Below, piece by piece: positions 1 to 7,573 of a stretch of DNA of 32,000 nucleotides. The stretch lies in assembly GCF_000009045.1 (NCBI RefSeq), contig NC_000964.3:1260001-1292000 (forward strand). Direction: 5' to 3'. Both the position numbers and the translations under genes were made by a program. Source of the stretch: Bacillus subtilis subsp. subtilis str. 168 (lineage in GTDB: Bacteria > Bacillota > Bacilli > Bacillales > Bacillaceae). Numbering within the stretch: position 1 is the stretch's first letter; each line of letters opens with the position of its first letter. The notes below the pieces were generated by a model, which was not told the origin of the DNA, ran no database searches, and saw nothing but the letters and a program-made list of their open reading frames with translations.

Positions 1-1
1 G

Positions 2-778
2 GCGCGGAGCATCAAGCCGAACACAAAGGTCATTTATATGGAGACGCCATCAAATCCGACACTTGGGATTACGGATATTAAAGCAGTTGTTCAGCTTGCA
101 AAAGAAAACGGCTGCCTGACCTTTCTGGACAATACATTCATGACGCCGGCACTGCAGCGTCCGCTTGATCTCGGCGTGGATATTGTACTTCACAGCGCGA
201 CAAAATTCTTAAGCGGACACAGCGATGTGCTCTCAGGTTTGGCTGCTGTCAAAGATGAAGAGCTTGGGAAGCAGCTGTATAAGCTACAAAACGCGTTCGG
301 CGCCGTCCTTGGCGTGCAAGATTGCTGGCTTGTCCTGCGCGGATTAAAAACATTGCAGGTCCGTTTAGAGAAAGCGAGTCAAACAGCTCAGCGGCTTGCG
401 GAATTTTTCCAGAAGCACCCGGCGGTCAAGCGCGTGTATTATCCGGGACTGGCTGATCATCCCGGCGCTGAAACCCATAAAAGCCAGTCAACGGGAGCGG
501 GCGCCGTGCTATCTTTTGAGCTTGAAAGCAAAGAGGCCGTTAAGAAGTTAGTCGAGAATGTGTCACTCCCAGTCTTCGCTGTCAGCCTTGGCGCCGTGGA
601 ATCGATTTTGTCCTATCCGGCAACGATGTCTCATGCGGCAATGCCTAAGGAAGAGCGTGAAAAACGCGGTATCACTGATGGCCTGCTCCGTCTGAGTGTC
701 GGCGTCGAACATGCAGACGATTTAGAACACGATTTCGAACAAGCGCTGAAAGAAATTGCTCCAGTTTCGGTTCGTTAA
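2..778 (+). CDS. metC: Cystathionine beta-lyase (PLP-dependent Cys/Met metabolism enzyme), 5' end outside window
   Basis: Reading frame open from the window edge (ARSIKPNTKVIYMETPSNPT...). Contains the PLP-lysine motif SATKFLSGHSDVLSG and C-terminal LLRLSVGVEHADDLEHDF; upstream of yjcK as in B. subtilis. Confidence 0.92.
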   Translation, partial: ARSIKPNTKVIYMETPSNPTLGITDIKAVVQLAKENGCLTFLDNTFMTPALQRPLDLGVDIVLHSATKFLSGHSDVLSGLAAVKDEELGKQLYKLQNAFGAVLGVQDCWLVLRGLKTLQVRLEKASQTAQRLAEFFQKHPAVKRVYYPGLADHPGAETHKSQSTGAGAVLSFELESKEAVKKLVENVSLPVFAVSLGAVESILSYPATMSHAAMPKEEREKRGITDGLLRLSVGVEHADDLEHDFEQALKEIAPVSVR

Positions 779-780
779 AA

Positions 781-812
781 AAGAAGCCGGGGATAGTCCG
801 GCTTCTTTTATT
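781..812. terminator. Bidirectional rho-independent terminator between metC and yjcK
   Basis: AAGAAGCCGG (781-790) / CCGGCTTCTT (798-807), loop GGATAGT, flanked by A and T runs. Confidence 0.9.
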
Positions 813-1356
813 ATTGTTCGTCATCAGGATTCAGAATCGCGAGGACTTGATGATCCTCCCAAACGCCATTAATTTTTACATTTTTTCGGGCGATGCCTTC
901 TTTATGAAATCCCGCTTTTTCTAAAACACGCATGGACCCGAGATTACGGGGCATCACACCGGCTTCAATCCGATGCAGTTTCAATTCGTGGAACGCATAA
1001 TCAACAACCAATCTGACTGCCTCTGTCATAATGCCCTTTCCATTATGGGCTTTGTCTAAAAAATACCCGATGAACGCAGTTTGCAGCGCGCCACGGATGA
1101 TTTGAAAGAGCGAAACCGTCCCGATTAATCTATCGTCTGACGCTGTAAAGATGCCAAAATGATATTCTTCATCTTTCTCAAGTCTTTCCTGATACTCGGT
1201 TATTCGTTTTCTTTGCCCCTCAACCGTATAGTAATCGTCTGCGCGTATCATAGAAAACTGTTCGAAAAAATCTCGATTTTCGCTTTGCAGCCCCAGATTT
1301 TCTTCGGCATCCGTTACTTCTAAAGGTCTAACATAAATGGTTTTTCCTTTTAACAT
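811..1356 (-). CDS. yjcK: GNAT family N-acetyltransferase, RimJ/RimL-like
   Basis: 181-aa ORF with GNAT features (GYFLDKAHNGKGIMTEAVRLVVDYAF...HRIEAGVMPRNLGSMRVLEKAGFHKEG). Confidence 0.9.
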   Translation of the reverse strand: MLKGKTIYVRPLEVTDAEENLGLQSENRDFFEQFSMIRADDYYTVEGQRKRITEYQERLEKDEEYHFGIFTASDDRLIGTVSLFQIIRGALQTAFIGYFLDKAHNGKGIMTEAVRLVVDYAFHELKLHRIEAGVMPRNLGSMRVLEKAGFHKEGIARKNVKINGVWEDHQVLAILNPDDEQ

Positions 1357-1425
1357 ATAGTGATCTCTCCGTTCTCATGTCAGCATTCCTCTTACATTAT
1401 TCTCAGGGAAATGCAAATATCCTTT

Positions 1426-2616
1426 TTATAAGAAGGAAGAAAACCAATTTCCCATAAAAGTGCCAACATAGTTGCCGATTAAGTAGCCGAGCGTACCGAC
1501 AAGCATGATCGGGGCGACAAGCTCCCGCCATCCCTTGGCAATTGCCATCGCAGCCGCAGTCGTCGGTCCCCCGACAGTAGCGTTGACGGCGAGCAGAATT
1601 TCTTCAAGCCGCACACGGAACAATTTTCCGGCAGCTAAGGAAACCGCTAAATTGCTAATCGCAATGATAAACACGAATAATAGAATAAGAGGCGCATTCG
1701 TGACGATTAAGCGGAGATCTGCAGGAATGCCGATCACCACAAAAAACAAATAAATCAAAAAGGTTCCAAGCTCCTGAGATCCATTGAGCCTTTCAAAAAA
1801 ACGCGGGAAAAGAAAAATGATAAGAACAGTTAAAGACGTAAGAACCAGGTACTGATCGCCAAGCGTACCGGTCAGCAGGGGATGAGAAAAAATGCTTTTA
1901 AAATAACCGGAAACCTTCATACTAACCGCAACAAGCGCGAAAGCGGCACCGGCATTAAAAGCGATATCCTTTAAGGAAATATCCTTCCGTTTCCAATAGC
2001 TTTCAGCACTGTTTCCGCTGTTTCCATCGGCTTTTACCTTCTCTTCAAACGGCATGGCATAATGCCGCTGAAACCATTTGAGTGCAGGAATGCTGATTAA
2101 AATAAAAAACAAAAGCGCCATCATAAAATTATCAGCCACAACGGTAGCCGACACATATTCACCAGGCGTCTCAAATTTTGCCGCCATCGCCGCAAAGTTG
2201 ACCCCGCCGCCGATATAAGAGGCGCTGATCATCCCACCGATTTTATCTAAGTAAGGAATATGCTGTTTGAGTAGAAAAAAAGCCAGGATACTGCCAAGCA
2301 CTGTTCCAACGGAGCTAATCAGAAAAATAAACAGCAAACGCCTGCTTTCCTTAAAAATTTGCCTAACATTGATCTGAAACAATAAAAGTGGTATCGCCAG
2401 CGGTACCACATAAGACCACACAGTGTCATACACGGGCGACTCAACAGGAAGCACTCCTACATTTGTAAACACCATAGCACCTGCAAGGGCGATAATAGCG
2501 CCCGACACAGCAGACGCCCACTTAAAGCGCTGCTCCAGCCCGATGCTCACTGCCGCCCACACCGCAATAAACCCCCATAATACCCATACATCATCAGAAG
2601 AAATCAAAGAATGCAA
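1426..2616 (-). CDS. yjcL: Multi-pass membrane protein, DUF819 family
   Basis: 396-aa polytopic hydrophobic protein; C-terminal AVNATVGGPTTAAAMAIAKGW typical of DUF819. Confidence 0.88.
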   Translation of the reverse strand: MHSLISSDDVWVLWGFIAVWAAVSIGLEQRFKWASAVSGAIIALAGAMVFTNVGVLPVESPVYDTVWSYVVPLAIPLLLFQINVRQIFKESRRLLFIFLISSVGTVLGSILAFFLLKQHIPYLDKIGGMISASYIGGGVNFAAMAAKFETPGEYVSATVVADNFMMALLFFILISIPALKWFQRHYAMPFEEKVKADGNSGNSAESYWKRKDISLKDIAFNAGAAFALVAVSMKVSGYFKSIFSHPLLTGTLGDQYLVLTSLTVLIIFLFPRFFERLNGSQELGTFLIYLFFVVIGIPADLRLIVTNAPLILLFVFIIAISNLAVSLAAGKLFRVRLEEILLAVNATVGGPTTAAAMAIAKGWRELVAPIMLVGTLGYLIGNYVGTFMGNWFSSFL

Positions 2617-2709
2617 AACCCCATCACCTCTATTGTTAGAAAATTAAGACATATTATAATAGCCGGGGAACGGAACAGCAAGTCCAAAAAAAGTTTTTCT
2701 AAAAAAGCA

Positions 2710-2738
2710 GTTGACGAATAGAAGGTAAGGTTATATAA
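2710..2738 (+). promoter_or_regulatory. Sigma-A promoter for tRNA-Val
   Basis: TTGACG (2710-2715), 17-nt spacer, TATAAT (2733-2738); about 50 nt upstream of the tRNA. Confidence 0.85.
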
Positions 2739-2788
2739 TAGAACTTGTCAGAAAGATAACAACATACCCAGCAACACATACATATCAT

Positions 2789-2861
2789 GATTCCGTAGCT
2801 CAGCTGGGAGAGCGCTACCTTGACAGGGTAGAGGTCGCTGGTTCGAGCCCAGTCGGAATCA
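2789..2861 (+). tRNA. tRNA-Val(GAC)
   Basis: Acceptor GATTCCG/CGGAATC, D-arm GCTC...GAGC, anticodon arm CTACC-TTGACAG-GGTAG (anticodon GAC), T-arm GCTGG-TTCGAGC-CCAGT; CCA not encoded. Confidence 0.97.
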
Positions 2862-2867
2862 TAGCTT

Positions 2868-2893
2868 AAACCCTTGCGCAGCAAGGGTTTTTT
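2868..2893 (+). terminator. Rho-independent terminator downstream of tRNA-Val
   Basis: AAACCCTTGC (2868-2877), loop GCA, GCAAGGGTTT (2881-2890), followed by T run. Confidence 0.9.
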
Positions 2894-2918
2894 ACTTTGC
2901 GTTAATAAAGCCGGTTCG

Positions 2919-2996
2919 TCAAATTCGTGAGTTGTTGGCGAACTGTTGGCGAAATTCATTGACCGCAGTCCAAAAACTACCTCCAAACTTACTTGA
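2919..2996 (-). pseudogene. Possible C-terminal fragment of a tyrosine integrase
   Basis: Minus-strand frame after an in-frame TAA reads SSKFGGSFWTAVNEFRQQFANNSRI*, immediately downstream of a tRNA 3' end and converging on it, the typical place and orientation for an integrase 3' end. Family assignment is inference. Confidence 0.3.
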
Positions 2997-3068
2997 TTAG
3001 TTCAATAGTAACAAACGGAAGATCGGATTTCTGTTAAATCTTCATTGAGAATAGCCAGTCCAAGACCG

Positions 3069-3298
3069 TCACTTCAGCCATGCATCTTTTAAATGAAATT
3101 TTGTACTGAAAACATCAATTGTATTTTTAAATTCTGCTCTAGAATCAGCCCCTTTATAATAATCTTGATAAATTGCTTGGGGTGATACTGATTCGTGATT
3201 TGTGCTATGGTTTGCAAGGCTTGTAGCAAAAGCAGGAGCAACAGTAACGAGTAAAGCAAGGGATAATGCAAAACCAGTTAAAGCTTTTTCAATTTCAT
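3069..3298 (-). pseudogene. Frameshifted small secreted-peptide gene
   Basis: ATG AAA TTG AAA AAG CTT TAA from 3298. One extra A in the A5 run (3285-3289) gives MKLKKALTGFALSLALLVTVAPAFATSLANHSTNHESVSPQAIYQDYYKGADSRAEFKNTIDVFSTKFHLKDAWLK*, a textbook signal peptide plus ~50-aa mature part. Length 230 nt = 77 codons minus 1 nt. Confidence 0.55.
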
Positions 3299-3701
3299 TT
3301 TAAGCACTTCTTTTTTTAAAATACAACTTTATTATTAAATGGAATACAAAAACATCCAAGGTGTTTTTTTGTTAGTAAGTTGAGTTAGGGGGATTGGATG
3401 GCACTTAGAATATTGTTTCTGCTGATGGGATGTTGATTCTGGATATATTTCCAACACGATTACAGGCCGGACATGAAAGCGAACCTTGCTTTGATCGGGG
3501 CAATCATTTCATTTACGGCTGCGGTTTACTTTAAAGATATTGATGTATTGAGAGAAGAGGGAAAACAAATGAACGGAATTTCTGAGCGTTGGAACACGTT
3601 TAAATTACAAAAATCCCCTGAACCACTCTAGATCAGGGGATTGCTTTCCCAACAGCTTATTAAGTAGCGGAAGGCATGATCAACGATTTAGTATCAATTT
3701 A

Positions 3702-4931
3702 TTAATTGCGAATACTAGAAACATACCGTTTTCCGCCTTCCTTAGAAGTAACATATTCTCGAGGAACATTAAGTCTATTGGTAGAATGATAACTTACATA
3801 AAGTTTCATATTTGCTCGGCTCGTTACGATAGCCGTATGATCCATCCAACCATCAGCATAGCGAAGACCTATTTTATTATGGTAATCATAGTGATATACA
3901 TCTCCAAGCTTTACATTTGAATATGTATCAGAAACAGTCTTCATTTTTATTCCGCCAGCTTTTAAAATGTATGATCTAAAGGCTCCTGCATTAACCCAAG
4001 CATCTGTATAGGGTTTCCATTCTTTAAAGTACGGCATTCTTCCAGCTCTTAATGCTTGGGAAACAAAGTTAGTACAATCTTTGTCTTTATAATATTTATA
4101 GTTTTTATTTGGTTTTAAGGCATATTTTTCTGCATATTTCATTGCAGCGTAACCACTATATCCTTTAACAGATGTTGCAGTCACAGTTAGTTGATTAGAG
4201 TTAGCAGCATTGAAGTTCATACTTACTGGTTTATCTTCACTTTTCACTTCTTCTTTATCATCATTTTTCACTTCTTGCTTATATTTTTTTAAAAATTCAT
4301 CTAATTTAACATCCGAAGAATATTCTTCATCATTTTCATATTGTAGAGTTGAAGAAGAATTATTTAATTGTGTTACATTTAGTTGCTTAGAAGAATTACT
4401 CAATGGTATTACATTTAGTTGATTAGAAGAATTTTTAACTTGAGAGAAACTTAGATTAGAAGTATTTGTTGATTGAGAACTTTGTTTATTAGAAGTTGTT
4501 TTGGGAATTTCAAGTTTAATATTATCGCCCAGAGATGTTGTTACTTTTTCAACACCAAAAACAAAGTTTCGAGTAATATAAGCTTCAACAATTAGCTTAT
4601 TGTTTTTTTCAGAAGTCTTAACATCGTCTATATCGTATGTAAACTCGTGGAATTTTTGTTTGTCCACTTTACTTAACGCAGAATACAGTAAGACTCCTTC
4701 GTCGGAATCAGTCAATTTAGACTCTTTAGGATGCGCTAAAGGAGTGTTGTGTTCAAAATCATATTTTTGTTGTTCTAACATATCCTTAACTTTTTCGTAA
4801 CCAATCTCGTTGGTAATTGAAACATTTTCTTTAGTCTCTTTATTAGTAGTGGCTGCAAAAACTTCATTTGTTGACACTAATGGTGACAATGATAGACATA
4901 AAACTAGTGAAGCAAGTAATTCTTTTTTCAT
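3702..4931 (-). CDS. yjcM: Secreted protein with putative Amidase_6-type (NlpC/P60-like) domain
   Basis: 409-aa ORF; signal peptide MKKELLASLVLCLSLSPLVSTNEVFAAT; C-terminal AMKYAEKYALKPNKNYKYYKDKDCTNFVSQALRAG...HTAIV pattern with Cys and His. Confidence 0.85.
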   Translation of the reverse strand: MKKELLASLVLCLSLSPLVSTNEVFAATTNKETKENVSITNEIGYEKVKDMLEQQKYDFEHNTPLAHPKESKLTDSDEGVLLYSALSKVDKQKFHEFTYDIDDVKTSEKNNKLIVEAYITRNFVFGVEKVTTSLGDNIKLEIPKTTSNKQSSQSTNTSNLSFSQVKNSSNQLNVIPLSNSSKQLNVTQLNNSSSTLQYENDEEYSSDVKLDEFLKKYKQEVKNDDKEEVKSEDKPVSMNFNAANSNQLTVTATSVKGYSGYAAMKYAEKYALKPNKNYKYYKDKDCTNFVSQALRAGRMPYFKEWKPYTDAWVNAGAFRSYILKAGGIKMKTVSDTYSNVKLGDVYHYDYHNKIGLRYADGWMDHTAIVTSRANMKLYVSYHSTNRLNVPREYVTSKEGGKRYVSSIRN

Positions 4932-5056
4932 ACGAAACCTCCAATAAAATCTAAATATAAGTAATATTTATCATTTACACCAATTGAAATATGGCATAAA
5001 ATACATGTAATAATATAACATAAAAATAAATACATAAAAAGGTATCGGAGGAAAAA

Positions 5057-5377
5057 ATGAAAAAGAAAACTAAAATTATACTTTCTCTCTTGGCAGCACT
5101 TATTGTTATATTGATAGTACTTCCAGTTCTATCTCCTGTTGTCTTTACAGCTTCTTCGGAAAAAGGAGCAATCAGACACGAAATTTATAAAAGAGGATAT
5201 CCCTACCAAAGCTACTTTGCAGTTCTCCAGAAAAGAGAAGGAGACAATGAATCTGGGAATCTTTATTATGTAAATTGGCTAGATTGGAAAGATGAAACAG
5301 GGCAAACTCCTCACTTATGCTATTCGAAAAAATCATCAGATGGTGAATACGAAGTAAGTTGTGGCACAGGGCCGTAA
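5057..5377 (+). CDS. yjcN: Small membrane-anchored or secreted protein of unknown function
   Basis: 106-aa ORF, RBS ggaggaaaaa, single N-terminal hydrophobic segment (IILSLLAALIVILIVLPVLSPVVF). Confidence 0.75.
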   Translation: MKKKTKIILSLLAALIVILIVLPVLSPVVFTASSEKGAIRHEIYKRGYPYQSYFAVLQKREGDNESGNLYYVNWLDWKDETGQTPHLCYSKKSSDGEYEVSCGTGP

Positions 5378-5419
5378 AAATAAATTTTAAAATTGAATAA
5401 GTCCAAGACGGAAAGCCTG

Positions 5420-5476
5420 CGGACACTGATCGTTTTACAGAGAAATTTGTGCTTCGATCGGTGTCCGTTTTTTTTC
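5420..5476 (+). terminator. Rho-independent terminator downstream of yjcN
   Basis: CGGACACTGATCG (5420-5432) pairs with CGATCGGTGTCCG (5455-5467) with one G-U, 22-nt loop, then T8. Confidence 0.85.
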
Positions 5477-5529
5477 GCAACTAACCAGATGTCTATCGCG
5501 ATTACTAGCTATGAAAGGAGTAATTAGAC

Positions 5530-5661
5530 ATGAAACAGTCCAAAAAGAAACCATCACAGAAGCAACATGAGCGCTTAGATCGTTTCTGGCAACAAATGAT
5601 GAACACTAACATGCAAACACTCAGACGTGGCAAAGGCGGCGCTTATAAACGCAGAAAGTAA
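5530..5661 (+). CDS. Small basic phage-type protein
   Basis: 43-aa ORF MKQSKKKPSQKQHERLDRFWQQMMNTNMQTLRRGKGGAYKRRK, preceded by GAAAGGAG. Confidence 0.55.
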   Translation: MKQSKKKPSQKQHERLDRFWQQMMNTNMQTLRRGKGGAYKRRK

Positions 5662-5676
5662 AAAGGGAGTTTGAGG

Positions 5677-5850
5677 ATGATGAAAAACGGATTCGCTTAT
5701 AAAAACGGAAAGCTTGTGAATATCTTTTGCGGCAAAGAAGAGCTCTATAACGAGTTGAAAGCCTTCTTGGTCAAAACCTTCAGTATCAACGTGAAAGAGG
5801 TATCGAGGCCCTCAATATATCGCAGAACAAAAAGCAAACAACTGGAATGA
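5677..5850 (+). CDS. Small phage protein, possibly PBSX XtrA-like
   Basis: 57-aa ORF MMKNGFAYKNGKLVNIFCGKEELYNELKAFLVKTFSINVKEVSRPSIYRRTKSKQLE; position directly upstream of the late-regulator-like gene resembles the PBSX/skin layout. Confidence 0.5.
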   Translation: MMKNGFAYKNGKLVNIFCGKEELYNELKAFLVKTFSINVKEVSRPSIYRRTKSKQLE

Positions 5851-5886
5851 CACTTACTCTATTTAACTATCAGGAGGGAAAGCACT

Positions 5887-6348
5887 ATGACAGATCAAAT
5901 GATTGCATGGGAGATTGAGGAATGGATTCGTGATTATAAATTCATGCTGCGGGAGATCAAAAGGCTCAACCGTGTATTAAACAAAGTGGATTTTATTAGC
6001 ACAAAGCTCACTGCAACATACGGGGAGGAAGCGGGCATGCCAAGGGGATCAGCAGGCGTCAGTCAGGCAGAATTGCGGCAGATGGACCGAAGAGAAAGGC
6101 GGCTTCACAAATATGAATCTATTGTGCATTACCTGGACAATGCAATGGAACACATTGAAGAAGAAAAGCACCGAATCGTTTACGATTGCATGATGGAAGG
6201 CATGAGCTACACTGCTATTGCAAACCACCTTGATTGCTCCCGGGATACCATCAGAAAGATCAAAACAGCCATAATCGGCAACATCGTCAATAAAGTCAAA
6301 GAAGCCAACTTTCTGCAATATTTGAATTCGTTTAAATCGGCGGTGTAA
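5887..6348 (+). CDS. yjcP: Phage late-regulator / sigma-region-4-like protein (YqaQ/Xpf-type)
   Basis: 153-aa ORF, RBS caggaggg; C-terminal [32 protein letters not shown]. Confidence 0.65.
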
Positions 6349-6409
6349 AATGGGGGGCAGGATCGGCGCGGCGGATTATTCCTGCGTCACCACCAATTTC
6401 ATACAATGA

Positions 6410-6459
6410 GTAAAACCTCCCAGTGGTAAGCGAGGATCAACTCAACTGGGAGGTCTTAC
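6410..6459. repeat. Long inverted repeat / hairpin without U tract
   Basis: GTAA-A-ACCTCCCAGT (6410-6424) pairs with ACTGGGAGGT-C-TTAC (6445-6459), one internal mismatch, 20-nt loop. Confidence 0.8.
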
Positions 6460-6613
6460 ATAGTGAATCGGTGATAAAACAGCAGCAGTATTGCGTACAT
6501 GTTAATATCCCCGACAAAATATGTTTTTTTCAACAGATTCGTTCGACAAATTTTGCAAATTGTTAATCGATAACTTTTCATTCCCGATATTAAAAATGGG
6601 AGTGAATTGTAAA

Positions 6614-7117
6614 ATGAAAAAACAGAAAAATAATAAAAAGAAGAATATTGAAAAGCGAAATATTGAAAAGCGAAATATTGAAGAGAAGAATAATGAGGAC
6701 TTAGAAGAACTGGAAAATGCGATTTATACTTATCACAAAAAGGAGCTACTTGCTTTCTTTCTTGAAAAAACTCGAATTGGTCATGATAAGGAAGAATACA
6801 AAAGGTTCCAATCTCTTCTTTATAAGTTGGATATTGAATGTTTAGAATTTGCTATATCGAGATTTTCTCATATAGATATTATCCATGATCATTCAAAATA
6901 TGTTCCAGCCTTTATCCCTTTATTTGCAGCATATCTCACCATGTTCTTTAATTTTTATGAAAAACATTGGGGAGCTTTATCTTTTGCTGCTGGTACAATT
7001 GCTGCTATTGTTTGGATAATTGCAGTAGAAAGAAAACATAGAAATCAAGCAATTTCTATTATGAAAATATTTGAACAAGTCAAAGAGAGAAAAGTGAAAG
7101 ACAGATCTAAAGACTGA
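6614..7117 (+). CDS. Two-transmembrane-segment protein with charged low-complexity N-terminus
   Basis: 167 aa from ATG 6614 (RBS gggagtg): MKKQKNNKKKNIEKRNIEKRNIEEKN..., hydrophobic segments YVPAFIPLFAAYLTMFFNFY and GALSFAAGTIAAIVWIIAV. Confidence 0.65.
   Translation: MKKQKNNKKKNIEKRNIEKRNIEEKNNEDLEELENAIYTYHKKELLAFFLEKTRIGHDKEEYKRFQSLLYKLDIECLEFAISRFSHIDIIHDHSKYVPAFIPLFAAYLTMFFNFYEKHWGALSFAAGTIAAIVWIIAVERKHRNQAISIMKIFEQVKERKVKDRSKD
6644..6688 (+). repeat. Tandem 15-bp coding repeat (NIEKR)
   Basis: AATATTGAAAAGCGA at 6644-6658 and 6659-6673, degenerate third copy AATATTGAAGAGAAG at 6674-6688. Confidence 0.9.
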
Positions 7118-7128
7118 AAGGAGAAAAT

Positions 7129-7413
7129 ATGAATAAGGATAAATTAAGGTATGCAATCTTAAAAGAAATTTTTGAAGGTAATACCCCTTTGTCAGAAAAC
7201 GATATTGGAGTTACTGAAGATCAATTTGATGATGCTGTGAACTTTTTAAAACGCGAAGGGTATATCATTGGGGTCCATTATTCAGATGATAGACCTCATT
7301 TATACAAATTAGGACCTGAACTGACAGAGAAAGGTGAAAACTACTTGAAAGAGAATGGAACATGGTCTAAGGCCTATAAGACCATTAAAGAGATTAAAGA
7401 TTGGATTAAATAA
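7129..7413 (+). CDS. yjcQ: YjcQ family protein
   Basis: 94-aa ORF, RBS aaaggaga; matches my memory of the YjcQ family (MNKDKLRYAILKEIFEGNTPLSENDIGVTEDQFDDAVNFLKREGYIIG...). Confidence 0.85.
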   Translation: MNKDKLRYAILKEIFEGNTPLSENDIGVTEDQFDDAVNFLKREGYIIGVHYSDDRPHLYKLGPELTEKGENYLKENGTWSKAYKTIKEIKDWIK

Positions 7414-7417
7414 TAAG

Positions 7418-7441
7418 AGCATCCTGCGGGGTGCTTTTTTT
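7418..7441 (+). terminator. Rho-independent terminator after yjcQ
   Basis: AGCATCC (7418-7424) / GGGTGCT (7428-7434) then T7. Confidence 0.85.
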
Positions 7442-7573
7442 GTTCCCTGTAAACTGCTTCCGGTAAGTCTCAGGATAGACAATTGGCGGTTAACGGCTTG
7501 AGCACGGTGGTGGTTTAGAGGGAATATCTTTTCCAAAACAACACGAATCAGAAGGGGGCGGCGGTGAATGTAG

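Noticed and set aside
1505-1753. Plus-strand ORFs inside yjcL and similar shadow ORFs in manP, ctaO, yjgC
   Set aside because: Antisense to well-supported coding genes, no RBS, no domain-like composition.
2699-2986. 95-aa minus-strand ORF spanning the tRNA-Val complement
   Set aside because: Reads through the antisense of a tRNA and its terminator; chance ORF.
3089-3271. 60-aa minus-strand Leu-rich ORF MHYPLLYSLLLLLLLLQ...
   Set aside because: Out-of-frame reading of the frameshifted secreted-peptide gene; the poly-Leu comes from reading alanine/leucine/valine codons in the wrong frame.
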